DNA of 52,802 nt, filler included, from Deltaproteobacteria bacterium (lineage in GTDB: Bacteria; CG2-30-53-67): NCBI GenBank assembly GCA_013151235.1. It is 3 parts of 3 records of this genome, joined end to end, with 100 filler letters (N's around TTAATTAATTAA, not from the genome) between each part and the next. Parts side by side here need not be neighbours in the genome. Positions count along the whole stretch, not along the records: positions 15,729 to 29,144 come from JAADIO010000012.1; positions 29,245 to 52,802 come from JAADIO010000048.1; 1 more part is not named here. One strand, 5' to 3'. Position 1 is the first letter of the stretch. Each line of letters begins with the position of its first letter. Below the pieces are notes generated by a model. It did not search any database. It saw nothing but the letters and a program-made list of their open reading frames with translations, and had not been told where the DNA came from. Below are positions 20,813 through 30,729 of this stretch, piece after piece. The position numbers and the translations under genes are program-made.

Positions 20813-22765
20813 CTACTGCTCCCGTACCGTCCCGATGGACGCCCGGCTTTCCTTACGGGTTTTCGTCTCGGATAAGAGATCCGGGAGGGCATCTCGGTAG
20901 GATTGATCATAGGAGGGAACAAGGTCCTGTAACAGGTTCCTGATTTCGGCCCAACGTTGCTGAGCAATCAAATCCTGGAACAAGAGTACCTTCGAATGAA
21001 AATGCTCGGAATCATGGAAGTCTTCCCGTACCACAAAAATCTTCGGATGGAGGGTCCGGACCGAACCCTCCTCGTCGGTCAAAAGCTCCTCATAAAGCTT
21101 TTCCCCGGGCCGGACGCCGGTATAGACAATCCGGATATCCACATCAGGTTCCAGACCGTTGAGCCGGATCATCTCCCTGGCCATATCGACGATCTTGATC
21201 GGGTCCCCCATATCAAGGAGGAAAACCTCCCCCCCCTCCCCCATGGCAGCAGCCTGAAGGATCAGGATACATGCTTCGGGAATACTCATGAAATAACGCT
21301 GCATCTCTTTGTGCGTCACCGTTACCGGACCACCGTTTCGAATCTGCTCTTCAAAGATCGGGATGGCGCTTCCCCGGCTCCCGACAACGTTCCCGAACCG
21401 GACGGAGCTGAAGAGCGTCCGCCCCTGGGCATTGAGTGTTTTGACAATTTTCTCGGCTACCCGTTTGGAGGCCCCCATCACGTTCGTCGGATGGACGGCC
21501 TTGTCCGTTGAAACCATCACGAATTTTTTCACCCCGCAGGCAATGGCCGTCTCCGCCACAATCTTTGTCCCGAAGATATTGACCTTCACCGCCTCCTCGG
21601 GATACCGTTCCATCATGGGAACATGCTTGTATGCCGCCGCATGAAAAACAAAATCCGGAATGTTATCCTGAAAAACCGTCTCGATCTTCTCGCGGTCCCG
21701 GATGTCCGCCACTACAGGCAGTACGGAAGTTCCCCCCTCTCTTCCGCATAACTCCAGTTCGATCCTGTGCAGTTCGGTCTCATCCGTATCCAGGGCAATA
21801 ATCTTCCCCGGCCGGAACACCAGTAACTGCCGCACCAGTTCCGAGCCGATCGACCCGCCTGCCCCCGTTACCAGTACGCTTTTCCCCCGTAGGAAGTCAG
21901 TCACCATCTCCACATCGATCGTCGCCTGTTCCCGTCCGAGGATATCTTCAATGCGGATCTCCTTGATATCGGACAGTGATACATTCCCATAAACCAGTTC
22001 GTTCAGACCGGGAATGATCTTGACCTCGCCCACACCGGACCGCCTGACGAATCCGAGGATTTCCCGGATCTGCACGGAAGAAGCGGAAGGAATCGCAATC
22101 AGTACAAGATCAATATCCAGGCGCTTCACCACGGAATCGATCCCGCTGCGTCCACCGCACACCTTGATCCCCTGAATAAAGACCCCGGCCTTTGCCGGAT
22201 CATCATCAATAAATCCCACCGGAAGATATGGACAATCCTTCTGCCTCCGCATATCCCGCACGATCTGTTCACCGGCATTCCCGGCGCCGACAATCAAAGT
22301 CCTTTTCCTGCCGCCTCTATGCATCCCGCTCCGTGTCTGACAATAGACCCGTTTCGACGAGCGGAACATCACAATCAGCAACAGGGTCAGGACCGAATCC
22401 ATAAAGGGGATGGAGCGGGGATAGCCCTGGAAGAGCCGGTGGGTCCAGAACATGAAGATCAACCCCATCAGAACGAGGAAGCTGATCGTCACCCCCTTGA
22501 GAATGTCGATCAACTCATAGAATCCTACATAGGACCAGCTCATTTTATACATGCGGCAGGAATAGAAAACAGCGTATTTCACCAGAATGAAAACCGGAAG
22601 AGACCAGTAAAATTGCTGTAATGCCCGCCCCGTCATCACCCCGTCGAAGCGGAGCATAAAGGCAAGGTAGAGCGACAGGGCAATGAGCACGCCATCGCCC
22701 AAAAGAAAAAACAGGGTCCGATTGAGTGTTGTCCTTTTGAGGAAAGCAGATCCGGGCATCTTCAT
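20813..22765 (-). CDS. Membrane-bound UDP-GlcNAc 4,6-dehydratase, PglF/CapD/WbpM family
   Basis: Four N-terminal TM helices; VTGAGGSIGSEL, HAAAYKHVP, STDKAV, MGASKR, RFGNV, RPGEKLYEEL. Confidence 0.93.
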   Translation of the reverse strand: MKMPGSAFLKRTTLNRTLFFLLGDGVLIALSLYLAFMLRFDGVMTGRALQQFYWSLPVFILVKYAVFYSCRMYKMSWSYVGFYELIDILKGVTISFLVLMGLIFMFWTHRLFQGYPRSIPFMDSVLTLLLIVMFRSSKRVYCQTRSGMHRGGRKRTLIVGAGNAGEQIVRDMRRQKDCPYLPVGFIDDDPAKAGVFIQGIKVCGGRSGIDSVVKRLDIDLVLIAIPSASSVQIREILGFVRRSGVGEVKIIPGLNELVYGNVSLSDIKEIRIEDILGREQATIDVEMVTDFLRGKSVLVTGAGGSIGSELVRQLLVFRPGKIIALDTDETELHRIELELCGREGGTSVLPVVADIRDREKIETVFQDNIPDFVFHAAAYKHVPMMERYPEEAVKVNIFGTKIVAETAIACGVKKFVMVSTDKAVHPTNVMGASKRVAEKIVKTLNAQGRTLFSSVRFGNVVGSRGSAIPIFEEQIRNGGPVTVTHKEMQRYFMSIPEACILILQAAAMGEGGEVFLLDMGDPIKIVDMAREMIRLNGLEPDVDIRIVYTGVRPGEKLYEELLTDEEGSVRTLHPKIFVVREDFHDSEHFHSKVLLFQDLIAQQRWAEIRNLLQDLVPSYDQSYRDALPDLLSETKTRKESRASIGTVREQ

Positions 22766-22828
22766 ATTCCAATCACCTTATCTCAAGAATATCCAAAAGA
22801 GTCACTGACAGGCATTGCGATTAGAATC

Positions 22829-22856
22829 ATCATAGCACCGAAAATAACGATGTCAA
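22829..22856 (-). promoter_or_regulatory. Putative sigma70 promoter for the dehydratase gene
   Basis: TTGACA-N16-TATGAT with TGn. Confidence 0.5.
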
Positions 22857-22914
22857 GAAGGGATGAACGGAACATCGGCGAGACATTTCCGCAACGGAAC
22901 CGGCAAGGTGACGT

Positions 22915-23286
22915 ACAAATTACTCAATACATTGAGTAATTTTACTCAAAGAAACAACATTGATGAAGTCGTAAAAAGTCGTTTTACGGAATATCAATCA
23001 CTTACACCGTTCGCCCTGAGCAGGCCTGTGCTGAGTTTATCGAAGCATCGAAGGGCCTTCCGAACTTATTCAAGACCGTCACAATTCCCGAACAGGGCTT
23101 TTACGCTGAAGACTTGATCGCCTCAACAGAAACCTTGTACCCCAACCTGCACAAGTATTCGTGGCAATCGTCCCAGGTAAGACCGAATTCCTTGACATCA
23201 GCCAAACCGATATGTCTCAGGATATCCCCGACACCATTTTTACATATTTGCCACAAATTACTCAATACGTCGAGTATTTTCACTCA
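22915..23286. repeat. Two copies of a 34-bp palindromic direct repeat (22915-22948 and 23253-23286)
   Basis: ACAAATTACTCAATACATTGAGTAATTTTACTCA versus ACAAATTACTCAATACGTCGAGTATTTTCACTCA, 30/34 identical. Confidence 0.8.
22962..23080. mobile_element. MITE copy C (inverted, decayed)
   Basis: TIR GATGAAGTCGTAAAAAGTC; internal GGAATATCAATCACTTACACCGTTCGCCCTGAGC is the reverse complement of the copy B core; far TIR degenerate; no exact TSD. Confidence 0.8.
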
Positions 23287-23543
23287 CGTAATCAGAGATA
23301 CCACCCGCCTTGAAGCGGTCGAAGAAGTAGAAGTTTACTCAAATCAATCTGCCTCCCCCACGAAAGACTCTTCCACCTTATTTTCAATGAAAAGTTATCG
23401 TAGATCGACGTGGCATAAGACCGCTTGACCAGGAAGAATGACCGGAAGGAGATAAAGAGAGACCTCAAGCAGGATATTGATGACCTTGGCAGCCCGTCGT
23501 TTCACAGACACGGACGAAAGTAGCACCGAACCGATCGAATTCT

Positions 23544-24272
23544 TCATCCGCGACACCGCACAACCCGGTCCGCACCCGGAGGTGGATATGGTGTCAAGGC
23601 ATCCTCTCTGCAAGCAACCCGGAGCAACTGCTCATCAGCCCCCAACATTCTCAACACCCGCTGCAGTCCGCGCAAGGCCAGGGGACGGGAGAAAACCGCC
23701 ACAACAGTCAACAGAATGAGCTTTAAATCGATCCAGGAATTCCCGTTCCGGACATAAAGCAGCGAAAGCCTGCTTTTCCATGGCCGGATCACCTGATTAT
23801 ACTTGAGGTCGGGATCGTCACTTCCTGCCAGGATTTCTCCTTCGTCGGAAAATACGATCGAGGCAGGATCCGTAATCCCCGGACGTACATCAAGCAGGTG
23901 TCGCTCCTCTTCGGTATAGAGGGCTACTTCCCTCTCGACGTTCGGCCGTGGACCGACAAAACTCATATCGCCCCACAGCACATTCCAGAGTTGGGACAAC
24001 TCGTCGATCTTGAACCGGCGTATCATCCTGCCTACAGGGGTTATACGAAAATCATTGGAGGAGGTGGAATCAACACCCGCCTTATCCGCGTCCACAACCA
24101 TGGATCTTAGTTTCACCATATTGAAGAGTCTGCCGTTTCTCCCAACTCGTGGTGCGATATAAAACGGAGATCGGAAATCCTGGAACCACACGGCAAGAAT
24201 GAAAACAAGCAAAACAGGGAAAACAACAATCAGCCCTAAAAATGCCATGACAAAATCATAAAACCGCTTCAT
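23544..24272 (-). CDS. Bacterial sugar transferase (PglC/WbaP-type phosphoglycosyl transferase)
   Basis: MKRFYD, KLRSM, DFRITPVGRMIRRFKIDELSQLWNVLWGDMSFVGPRP, VRPGIT. Confidence 0.93.
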   Translation of the reverse strand: MKRFYDFVMAFLGLIVVFPVLLVFILAVWFQDFRSPFYIAPRVGRNGRLFNMVKLRSMVVDADKAGVDSTSSNDFRITPVGRMIRRFKIDELSQLWNVLWGDMSFVGPRPNVEREVALYTEEERHLLDVRPGITDPASIVFSDEGEILAGSDDPDLKYNQVIRPWKSRLSLLYVRNGNSWIDLKLILLTVVAVFSRPLALRGLQRVLRMLGADEQLLRVACREDALTPYPPPGADRVVRCRG

Positions 24273-25258
24273 CGGCGTGAAAGTTCGAAGATGGCTTCTG
24301 TGATCTGATTCCGCCTGATGTAATACACGTCTTCAAGATGCCTGTTCGCAGGCGCAGGCACATCCGGCAGGGCAAGGCGTTGCACAGGCGCTTTCAGATC
24401 ATGAAAAGCCTTCTCGGAAACCAATGCGGCAATTTCGGCGGAAATCCCAAAACTTTTCCAACCTCCATCCACCACCAACAGCCTGCCGGTTTTGGCAACC
24501 GAGTTGAGTATACATTCTTCATCAAGAGGCTTGATCGTTCTAAGATCAATGATCTCAACACTTGGTCCTTTTTCATCTAGTGCCTTGACAGCCTCAAACG
24601 ATTCATACGCCACATAAGAAGATGTCACAAGGGTGATATCGGAACCGGATTTCCGCACAACGGCCTTGCCGATCTCCACCTCGTACAACTCTTCCGGCAC
24701 ATAATCCGCAATACCATAGAGCCACCTGTCATCCATGAAAACCACCGGATCGGGATCACGGATCGCGGCAACCATCAACCCCTTGGCATCGTAAGGAGTG
24801 GCCGGCATGACCACCTTCAAACCGGGAATATGGGCAAACAGGGAGTGAAACGCCTGTGAATGCTGCGCCGCCTGTTCTCCCCCTCGGTTGATAATACCCC
24901 AGATAACCACAGGAACGGAGCTGCGACCTCCATTCATGTAATACCAGTTTGCCGCCTGGTTGATCACCGGATCCAGTGCATAGAGCATGAAATCGACCCG
25001 GGGATGCACCACCACGGCCTTCATTCCGGCAATAGACGCCCCCACCGCGGCGCCGGTTATCGCGTTTTCGGATACCGGGGTATCAATAACCCGCATCTCT
25101 CCGAAAACATCCAGAAGGCCGGTGCAAGTCTGCCCCACATACCACGGGCTCTTGAGTCCCTGGCCAATCAGAAAAACGGAATCATCGGACTCCATCATCT
25201 GACGCAACCCTTCATTTATTGCCAATGCATAATTAAGAGACCGGCTTGCTGAAGACAT
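24269..25258 (-). CDS. TPP-dependent dehydrogenase E1 beta-like subunit
   Basis: RVIDTPVSENAITG, QHSQ, HIPGLKVVMP, IDLRTIKPLD. Confidence 0.9.
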   Translation of the reverse strand: MSSASRSLNYALAINEGLRQMMESDDSVFLIGQGLKSPWYVGQTCTGLLDVFGEMRVIDTPVSENAITGAAVGASIAGMKAVVVHPRVDFMLYALDPVINQAANWYYMNGGRSSVPVVIWGIINRGGEQAAQHSQAFHSLFAHIPGLKVVMPATPYDAKGLMVAAIRDPDPVVFMDDRWLYGIADYVPEELYEVEIGKAVVRKSGSDITLVTSSYVAYESFEAVKALDEKGPSVEIIDLRTIKPLDEECILNSVAKTGRLLVVDGGWKSFGISAEIAALVSEKAFHDLKAPVQRLALPDVPAPANRHLEDVYYIRRNQITEAIFELSRR

Positions 25259-26222
25259 ATTTTGCCAACTCCCGTGGATCGGGGTTACCCGTTCCCAATG
25301 CGAGATCGTGAGCCTTCGACACTTCTACGCTCACACTCTTGTCAATAGTGTCCAATTCATCCTTAGATACCATCTTGTCATGTATCAGATAATCCCGAAA
25401 GACAGGGATCGGATCTTTCTTTTTCCATTCTTCCACTTCCCGATGAGGCCTGATATCGGTATGGTCCCCCTGGATATTGTCATCCGGGCCGACGTGCCCC
25501 CTTAACCGGTAGGTCGTAAATTCCAGGAAAACCGGGCCCTGCCCCTCACGGCAATCCGTCACTGCCCTGCGCGCCGCCTCGTAAACAGCAAGCACGTCGT
25601 TGCCATCCACCCGCTCCGACCGGATATCGAACGGTTCCGCGCTCTCGAAAATGGATTTCCTGCTCCTGGTTTCCTGGATCGGCATGTGCGTTGCGTAAAA
25701 ATTATTCTCACAGACAAACAGGAGGGGCAATTTATGAAGGCTTGCAAAATTCATGGCCTCGTACAGAACCCCTTCTCCCGCAGCACCATCCCCGAAGTAC
25801 GCAACCGTAACCGTATTCCCCCCCCGGATACGATCGGCAAGGGCCGCACCGAGCGCAAGAGAGATTGTCCCTGCCACAATCGGCGCCGACCCCAGGAATC
25901 CACTTTCCGGATCAATCAGGTGCATGGAACCGCCACGCCCCACGGAGCAGCCGCCCTCCTTACAGTAGACCTCGGCCACCAGTTTGCGCAGATCTCCTCC
26001 TTTGGCCAGGAAGTGTCCGTGGGAGCGATGGGTACCGAAGACCTTGTCCGTGTGATGGAGATTGGCACTCACCCCCGCCGCAATCGCCTCCTGGCCGGAA
26101 TAAAGGTGGACGGGGCACCTGATCTCGCCGCTTCGTATAGGTTCCACGAAACTCTCTTCACAGGCCCGGATCATCACCATCATTCGGTAAAGAGAGAGAA
26201 AAAATTCTTTTTTGTATGTCAT
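25233..26222 (-). CDS. TPP-dependent dehydrogenase E1 alpha-like subunit
   Basis: HLYSGQEA, GRGGSMH, TPP motif GDGA...ENN, YRLRGH. Confidence 0.9.
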   Translation of the reverse strand: MTYKKEFFLSLYRMMVMIRACEESFVEPIRSGEIRCPVHLYSGQEAIAAGVSANLHHTDKVFGTHRSHGHFLAKGGDLRKLVAEVYCKEGGCSVGRGGSMHLIDPESGFLGSAPIVAGTISLALGAALADRIRGGNTVTVAYFGDGAAGEGVLYEAMNFASLHKLPLLFVCENNFYATHMPIQETRSRKSIFESAEPFDIRSERVDGNDVLAVYEAARRAVTDCREGQGPVFLEFTTYRLRGHVGPDDNIQGDHTDIRPHREVEEWKKKDPIPVFRDYLIHDKMVSKDELDTIDKSVSVEVSKAHDLALGTGNPDPRELAKYVFSKPVS

Positions 26223-26264
26223 ATGACACCCTCAGAGTAGTCAGAGCGCGTAATGTGTACGCTA

Positions 26265-27374
26265 TTATCCCCGATAAAATTTCACAATACAATCACAAAC
26301 ATAATGAACATCATCATCCGCAAGAGAGGTATTCATGGGAAGGAGGAAACACCTCTCGAAGAAACGATCCGTCTTCGGGAGATGGTATGCAGGAAGACTG
26401 AGTCCCTTGAACTGGTGTACTGGAGTCCCGTTCCACTGGATGATCGTCCCTACACCATGCTCATCCAGAAAGCCCCTGAGTTCATCCCGCCTTCCTGCTT
26501 CCACTTCGTAATTCTGATAAATATCAAAATGCGGGCCTTCCTCGTCAGGCCCCGGAGGCAGGGTCATATCCTCGATCTCACATAACCTTTCCTGATAGAG
26601 CCGAGCGATTTGACGCCGCCGATCGATCTCCTCCGGATAATGTTTGAGCTTCACCAACAATACGGCAGCCTGAATATTGTCCAACCGGGAATTGATCCCC
26701 CAACGCACCACCTGTCCGTCACTGTTCCGCCCGTGATCCCGCATCTCATAAAGCCTTTCGTACATCTCATCATCATCGGTGAACAAGAGACCACCGTCTC
26801 CGAAACACCCCAGGACCTTGGCGGGATACAAACTGATGGAACCTGCCGAACCGAATGTTCCTGCACATTGCCCCTTGAATTTGGACCCCAAGGCCTGGGC
26901 CGCATCTTCAATGATGACTAATCCGTGTCTGTCGGCAATATCCTGCAGGGCATCCATCTTTGCCGTCCTGCCGTTTAATTGAGTCGGCATAATCACACGG
27001 GTCCGTGAGGTAATCGCCGCCTCAACCGCCTCCGGATCAACCGTCCTGTCCGGCAGGCATTCCACAAGCACCGGTTTTGCTCCTGCGAAATGGGCCGCTG
27101 CGGCAGTGGCAATATAGGTATGCGATGCCATAATCACTTCGTCGCCCGGCGCAACATTCACTGCCAACAAGGCCAGATACAGGGAATCCGTACCATTGGC
27201 AACACCGACACAATGCTTTGCACCCACAAATTCTTTCACTGCATTTTCAAATTCATCGATTTCCTGTTGCAAGATAAAGGCCCCTCGCTCCATGACAGAG
27301 GTCAGAACCGGCAACAATTCATCCCGATACTGTTGATAAACATGCGCATAGTTGAAGAACGGAACTCTTTTCAA
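26265..27374 (-). CDS. DegT/DnrJ/EryC1/StrS sugar aminotransferase
   Basis: NGTDSL, EDAAQALGS, SLYPAKVLGCFGDGG, NSRLDNIQAA. Confidence 0.93.
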   Translation of the reverse strand: MKRVPFFNYAHVYQQYRDELLPVLTSVMERGAFILQQEIDEFENAVKEFVGAKHCVGVANGTDSLYLALLAVNVAPGDEVIMASHTYIATAAAAHFAGAKPVLVECLPDRTVDPEAVEAAITSRTRVIMPTQLNGRTAKMDALQDIADRHGLVIIEDAAQALGSKFKGQCAGTFGSAGSISLYPAKVLGCFGDGGLLFTDDDEMYERLYEMRDHGRNSDGQVVRWGINSRLDNIQAAVLLVKLKHYPEEIDRRRQIARLYQERLCEIEDMTLPPGPDEEGPHFDIYQNYEVEAGRRDELRGFLDEHGVGTIIQWNGTPVHQFKGLSLPAYHLPKTDRFFERCFLLPMNTSLADDDVHYVCDCIVKFYRG

Positions 27375-27686
27375 TGTGCCTCCCCATATTTCGTCTACTT
27401 CAAACCTATAGACTATTATGTATTCTTAATACATACACCAACATGGCCAACCAGGAAAGGGAAAAGACTCGCACGGGGAGATCATCTCCATGGGGATAGC
27501 CCGAAACGTTTTAATCCAGGCACGCCTGTTCGCACAAGACTGAAACAATACCTCCCGCTTCAACAGCAGATCATTACGGTGCTCCGACTCACCTTCATAG
27601 TATTAATTATAGATCTCTGCCGTTTTACTCTCTGCACTCAATCTTGCATCAGAAAACATATTCGCAGATCCCAGATTCTTCGGAGA

Positions 27687-28748
27687 TCACATCTGAGGCC
27701 ATGCCCGGTATCGACCGGCGCCCGGCCATGGTTCTTTTATCCTTTGAACAGGAGAAGTGCGAGTTGCAATCCGTATCAGGCCCCACAGGACACCAAACCC
27801 ATGCAGAAAATGATACATAAAAAAACATACCGGAAGTGAAAGAAGGTGCAAAGGTTCACGATAACGTTTTGCCTGTTGAAAAGCCGAGGATATAGCCAAA
27901 ATTCCATAAAGCATCATAACCGCCAGAAAGGGCAACTGAACCCACGGTATCAACGACCACAAAACAAGACCGGACAAAATACCGGCTGAGAACAATCCGG
28001 TAATCGCATGTCGCGGAGCAAAGGCATAAGGTGCCACCCACCACAGATATGCATTATACGGCGCTTCCTTTGTTATCTGCTTTTTGTAGAAACTATATAG
28101 GCCAGGTTGATTATGGTAATAGACTCTGATATTAGGGTTCAACCAAACCTTTCCACCCGCAGCGATAATACGCCGGTTTATTTCGTAGTCCTGTGCGCGT
28201 ACAAGCCTCTCATCGTATAAGCCAATACGGTCGAAAATTTCTCTTTTGAAAAAACCAAAAGGGACCGTGTCGACTGCCTTCTCACTCGAATCCAAACGAA
28301 ATCCAGAATTGCCCACACCGAAGCTGTGAGTCGTCAACGCCTGAACCACCCGGGCCGCATAGCCGAAATTCCCTGGTTTAGTAATGACCACTCCACCCAC
28401 GTTATCCCCCCCGGTGCGCTTCGCTGTTTCCAGGCAAAGACGCAAATAATCACGAGGATAAAAAGAGTGGGCATCCAATCTGAGAATATAATCTCCCTTC
28501 CCTTGACGAATCACTATGTTCAATGCACAGGATTGAATTCGGCCGGGATTGTCCAACAAAACAATCTTAGAAAAACGTTGAGAGTAATCCTTCACAACAC
28601 TACGTGTATGATCCAGCGACCCGCCATCTAACACGTAAATTGTGGAACAAACATGCTCAGGAAGTTCAAAAGCCAAAACAGAGTCCAGACAGCCTGAGAT
28701 ATAATGCTCTTCGTTGAGGACAGGGATGGCAATATCTATTGTTGTCAT
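27687..28748 (-). CDS. Glycosyltransferase family 2 (ExoA-like) with C-terminal TM helices
   Basis: IPVLNEE, LDGGSLDHT, RLDAH, DTVPFG, AQDYEINRRI. Confidence 0.9.
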   Translation of the reverse strand: MTTIDIAIPVLNEEHYISGCLDSVLAFELPEHVCSTIYVLDGGSLDHTRSVVKDYSQRFSKIVLLDNPGRIQSCALNIVIRQGKGDYILRLDAHSFYPRDYLRLCLETAKRTGGDNVGGVVITKPGNFGYAARVVQALTTHSFGVGNSGFRLDSSEKAVDTVPFGFFKREIFDRIGLYDERLVRAQDYEINRRIIAAGGKVWLNPNIRVYYHNQPGLYSFYKKQITKEAPYNAYLWWVAPYAFAPRHAITGLFSAGILSGLVLWSLIPWVQLPFLAVMMLYGILAISSAFQQAKRYREPLHLLSLPVCFFMYHFLHGFGVLWGLIRIATRTSPVQRIKEPWPGAGRYRAWPQM

Positions 28749-28977
28749 ACGAGAGCATCAAGAGGCGATAAGGTTCTATACACTTTTGTTTGGGTAATAA
28801 TTTTATGATAAGGCACTGTCGTCATTAAGAGAGGCATCTACATCTTCGACGGAGCGATAGAGATGTTCCACAAAGATATTATCCGGGGGACGGGCTCACC
28901 TGGCCATGCTGATCCGGATTGCGGATTTCTCAAAAAGAATGGCCTATAACGCTGGCTTGTAGTTCGCCCATGCATCA

Positions 28978-29142
28978 TCAGCCCCTCAAGTTCTCAAGTT
29001 TTCGCTTTGTAGCCAACATTAATCTCCATGGATACCAGAGAGAAAACAGCGAATAAATACGTCTGGGGAAGGAAGGTCGTTTCAGCCCATCCTTGGTCAA
29101 TTTCCAATCTGCATCACGTAAGGTCATCATGTTCGTCAAACC
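28978..29142 (-). CDS. Possible C-terminal fragment of a gene cut by the contig edge
   Basis: Only minus-strand frame open for a long stretch from the linker (54 codons); no recognisable motif. Confidence 0.25.
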   Translation of the reverse strand, partial: GLTNMMTLRDADWKLTKDGLKRPSFPRRIYSLFSLWYPWRLMLATKRKLENLRG

Positions 29143-29144
29143 AC

Positions 29145-29244
29145 NNNNNNNNNNNNNNNNNNNNNNNNNNNNNNNNNNNNNNNNNNNNTTAATTAATTAA
29201 NNNNNNNNNNNNNNNNNNNNNNNNNNNNNNNNNNNNNNNNNNNN
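29145..29244. other. Artificial contig-joining linker
   Basis: 44 N + TTAATTAATTAA + 44 N. Confidence 0.98.
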
Positions 29245-29246
29245 TC

Positions 29247-30032
29247 GGCGTTGTTCCCTATCGTCGGGGAGAGTTGGAGGAGGGGTGGAAGGTTTTTCAG
29301 AAACGGATGGGAATATCCCATTATATCGGCAGTCGTTATCTCTTCATACTCGCACCCAATAAGCAATCCGTCTATCCCGAATATCTTCCCTCCGGCATAG
29401 GGGAAAGGGGCGGGATCACCCGGGGAGACCAGCTATCGAAGATGCTCCGGAGAAACGGCGCTGCTGCATCATTCCTTGATCTGCGTCCTCTCCTGCGACA
29501 GGCGAAAAAGAAATATAGCCGCCTTTATCTCAAAACCGATACGCACTGGAACCAGCGGGGGGCCTTTCTTGCCTACCGTGCGGTAGTGGAAAAGCTGCAA
29601 GGGAATCATTCGGAACCGGTTTTACTCGACGAGAGTGCTTTAAGAATCCGGCGGGGACCCTCAAAACGGGGCGACCTAGCAGAGATGATGGGGGTAAAAC
29701 CCTTTCTTCGGGAAGAGACACTCTTTCTCTCTGTGAAGTCCCCATCCGCCCGGCGGGACGATGATCTGGCAAACTTCCTGAAAAGATATGACAAGCGCTA
29801 TTCCGTAAAGTATAAACGACCCATTGCAAACATAAACCCCGATGGGCATTTAAACGTGGTCCTCTTCCGCGACTCCTTCTCCTCCGATATGATTCCCTAT
29901 TACGCAGAGAGTTTTCACCGGATGGTGATCTACTACGAACCGTTCAACACCCGCCTCCTCTACGAACTGGTGACACAGGGGAAATTTCATCCGGATCTGA
30001 TTATCGAGGAACTGATTGAACGGAGTTTGTAA
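29247..30032 (+). CDS. AlgX/AlgJ-type SGNH O-acetyltransferase, 5'-truncated
   Basis: APNKQSVYPEYLP, LYLKTDTHWNQRGA, FRDSF; frame open to the contig edge. Confidence 0.82.
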   Translation, partial: GVVPYRRGELEEGWKVFQKRMGISHYIGSRYLFILAPNKQSVYPEYLPSGIGERGGITRGDQLSKMLRRNGAAASFLDLRPLLRQAKKKYSRLYLKTDTHWNQRGAFLAYRAVVEKLQGNHSEPVLLDESALRIRRGPSKRGDLAEMMGVKPFLREETLFLSVKSPSARRDDDLANFLKRYDKRYSVKYKRPIANINPDGHLNVVLFRDSFSSDMIPYYAESFHRMVIYYEPFNTRLLYELVTQGKFHPDLIIEELIERSL

Positions 30033-30729
30033 GGAGGGCGAGGAAAGTGGGGTCGGACCATGGGAACTGTTTGAGATCACATAGTTTTTGTTGAAATTCC
30101 GATCGGTTCTTAGTTTTAGGACGGCCATTTTGCCTATGAAATTGATGGGCCAAGGAAAGGCAGGATCGGTGGCGATGGCAAACAGACATTGAAAGAAAGG
30201 GCATCGACGCTCTTTTGTAATAAAAGCAATAAATAGCATCTGGATTTCCTCCAATTTTTTCGTGGTGATTATGGATCAAAAAGTATCGACTGTGGGTTTG
30301 GGTGATCCGGTTGGTTTTGCCGGAGACTCGGTCCGGATATTGTTGACGTAAGGTCTTTTTTTGCACCATCGTCCCGAAATCTTTCCCCAGAACGGGGAGC
30401 CGAGGGTGGTCCTCCAGGCTCCTAAAAGTTTTGAGCGTATGAGGAATGCCATGGGTATTTCTAAGCTGATTGCACAGGGTGAGAAGGATGTGAGAAATGG
30501 AAACACGTCATTGCAAAAAGAATAAAAAGAATCGTGGATGGAGAATATGAGGCAGGTCAAAGGCAGAAGCCAAAAGGCGATTGACCACCTGTCTGCCGCT
30601 CAACAGCGCAAGCATGGTGTACAGGCCGGTGGGGATCTACGGGGAATAATGAGGCATGACCTAACATCCCGGTTTTTCCGGGGGGGCGGAAGTTACGAAT
30701 CGTTGATTCTTTAGGAATAGGTAAAGACC

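Noticed and set aside
24269-26222. Calling the pair pdhA/pdhB
   Set aside because: No E2/E3 nearby and the genes are embedded in a sugar operon, so housekeeping symbols are not justified.
30280-30330. c-di-GMP-I riboswitch (GGCAAAACC on the minus strand)
   Set aside because: The GNRA-capped stem and GACGCAAAGC segment are missing.
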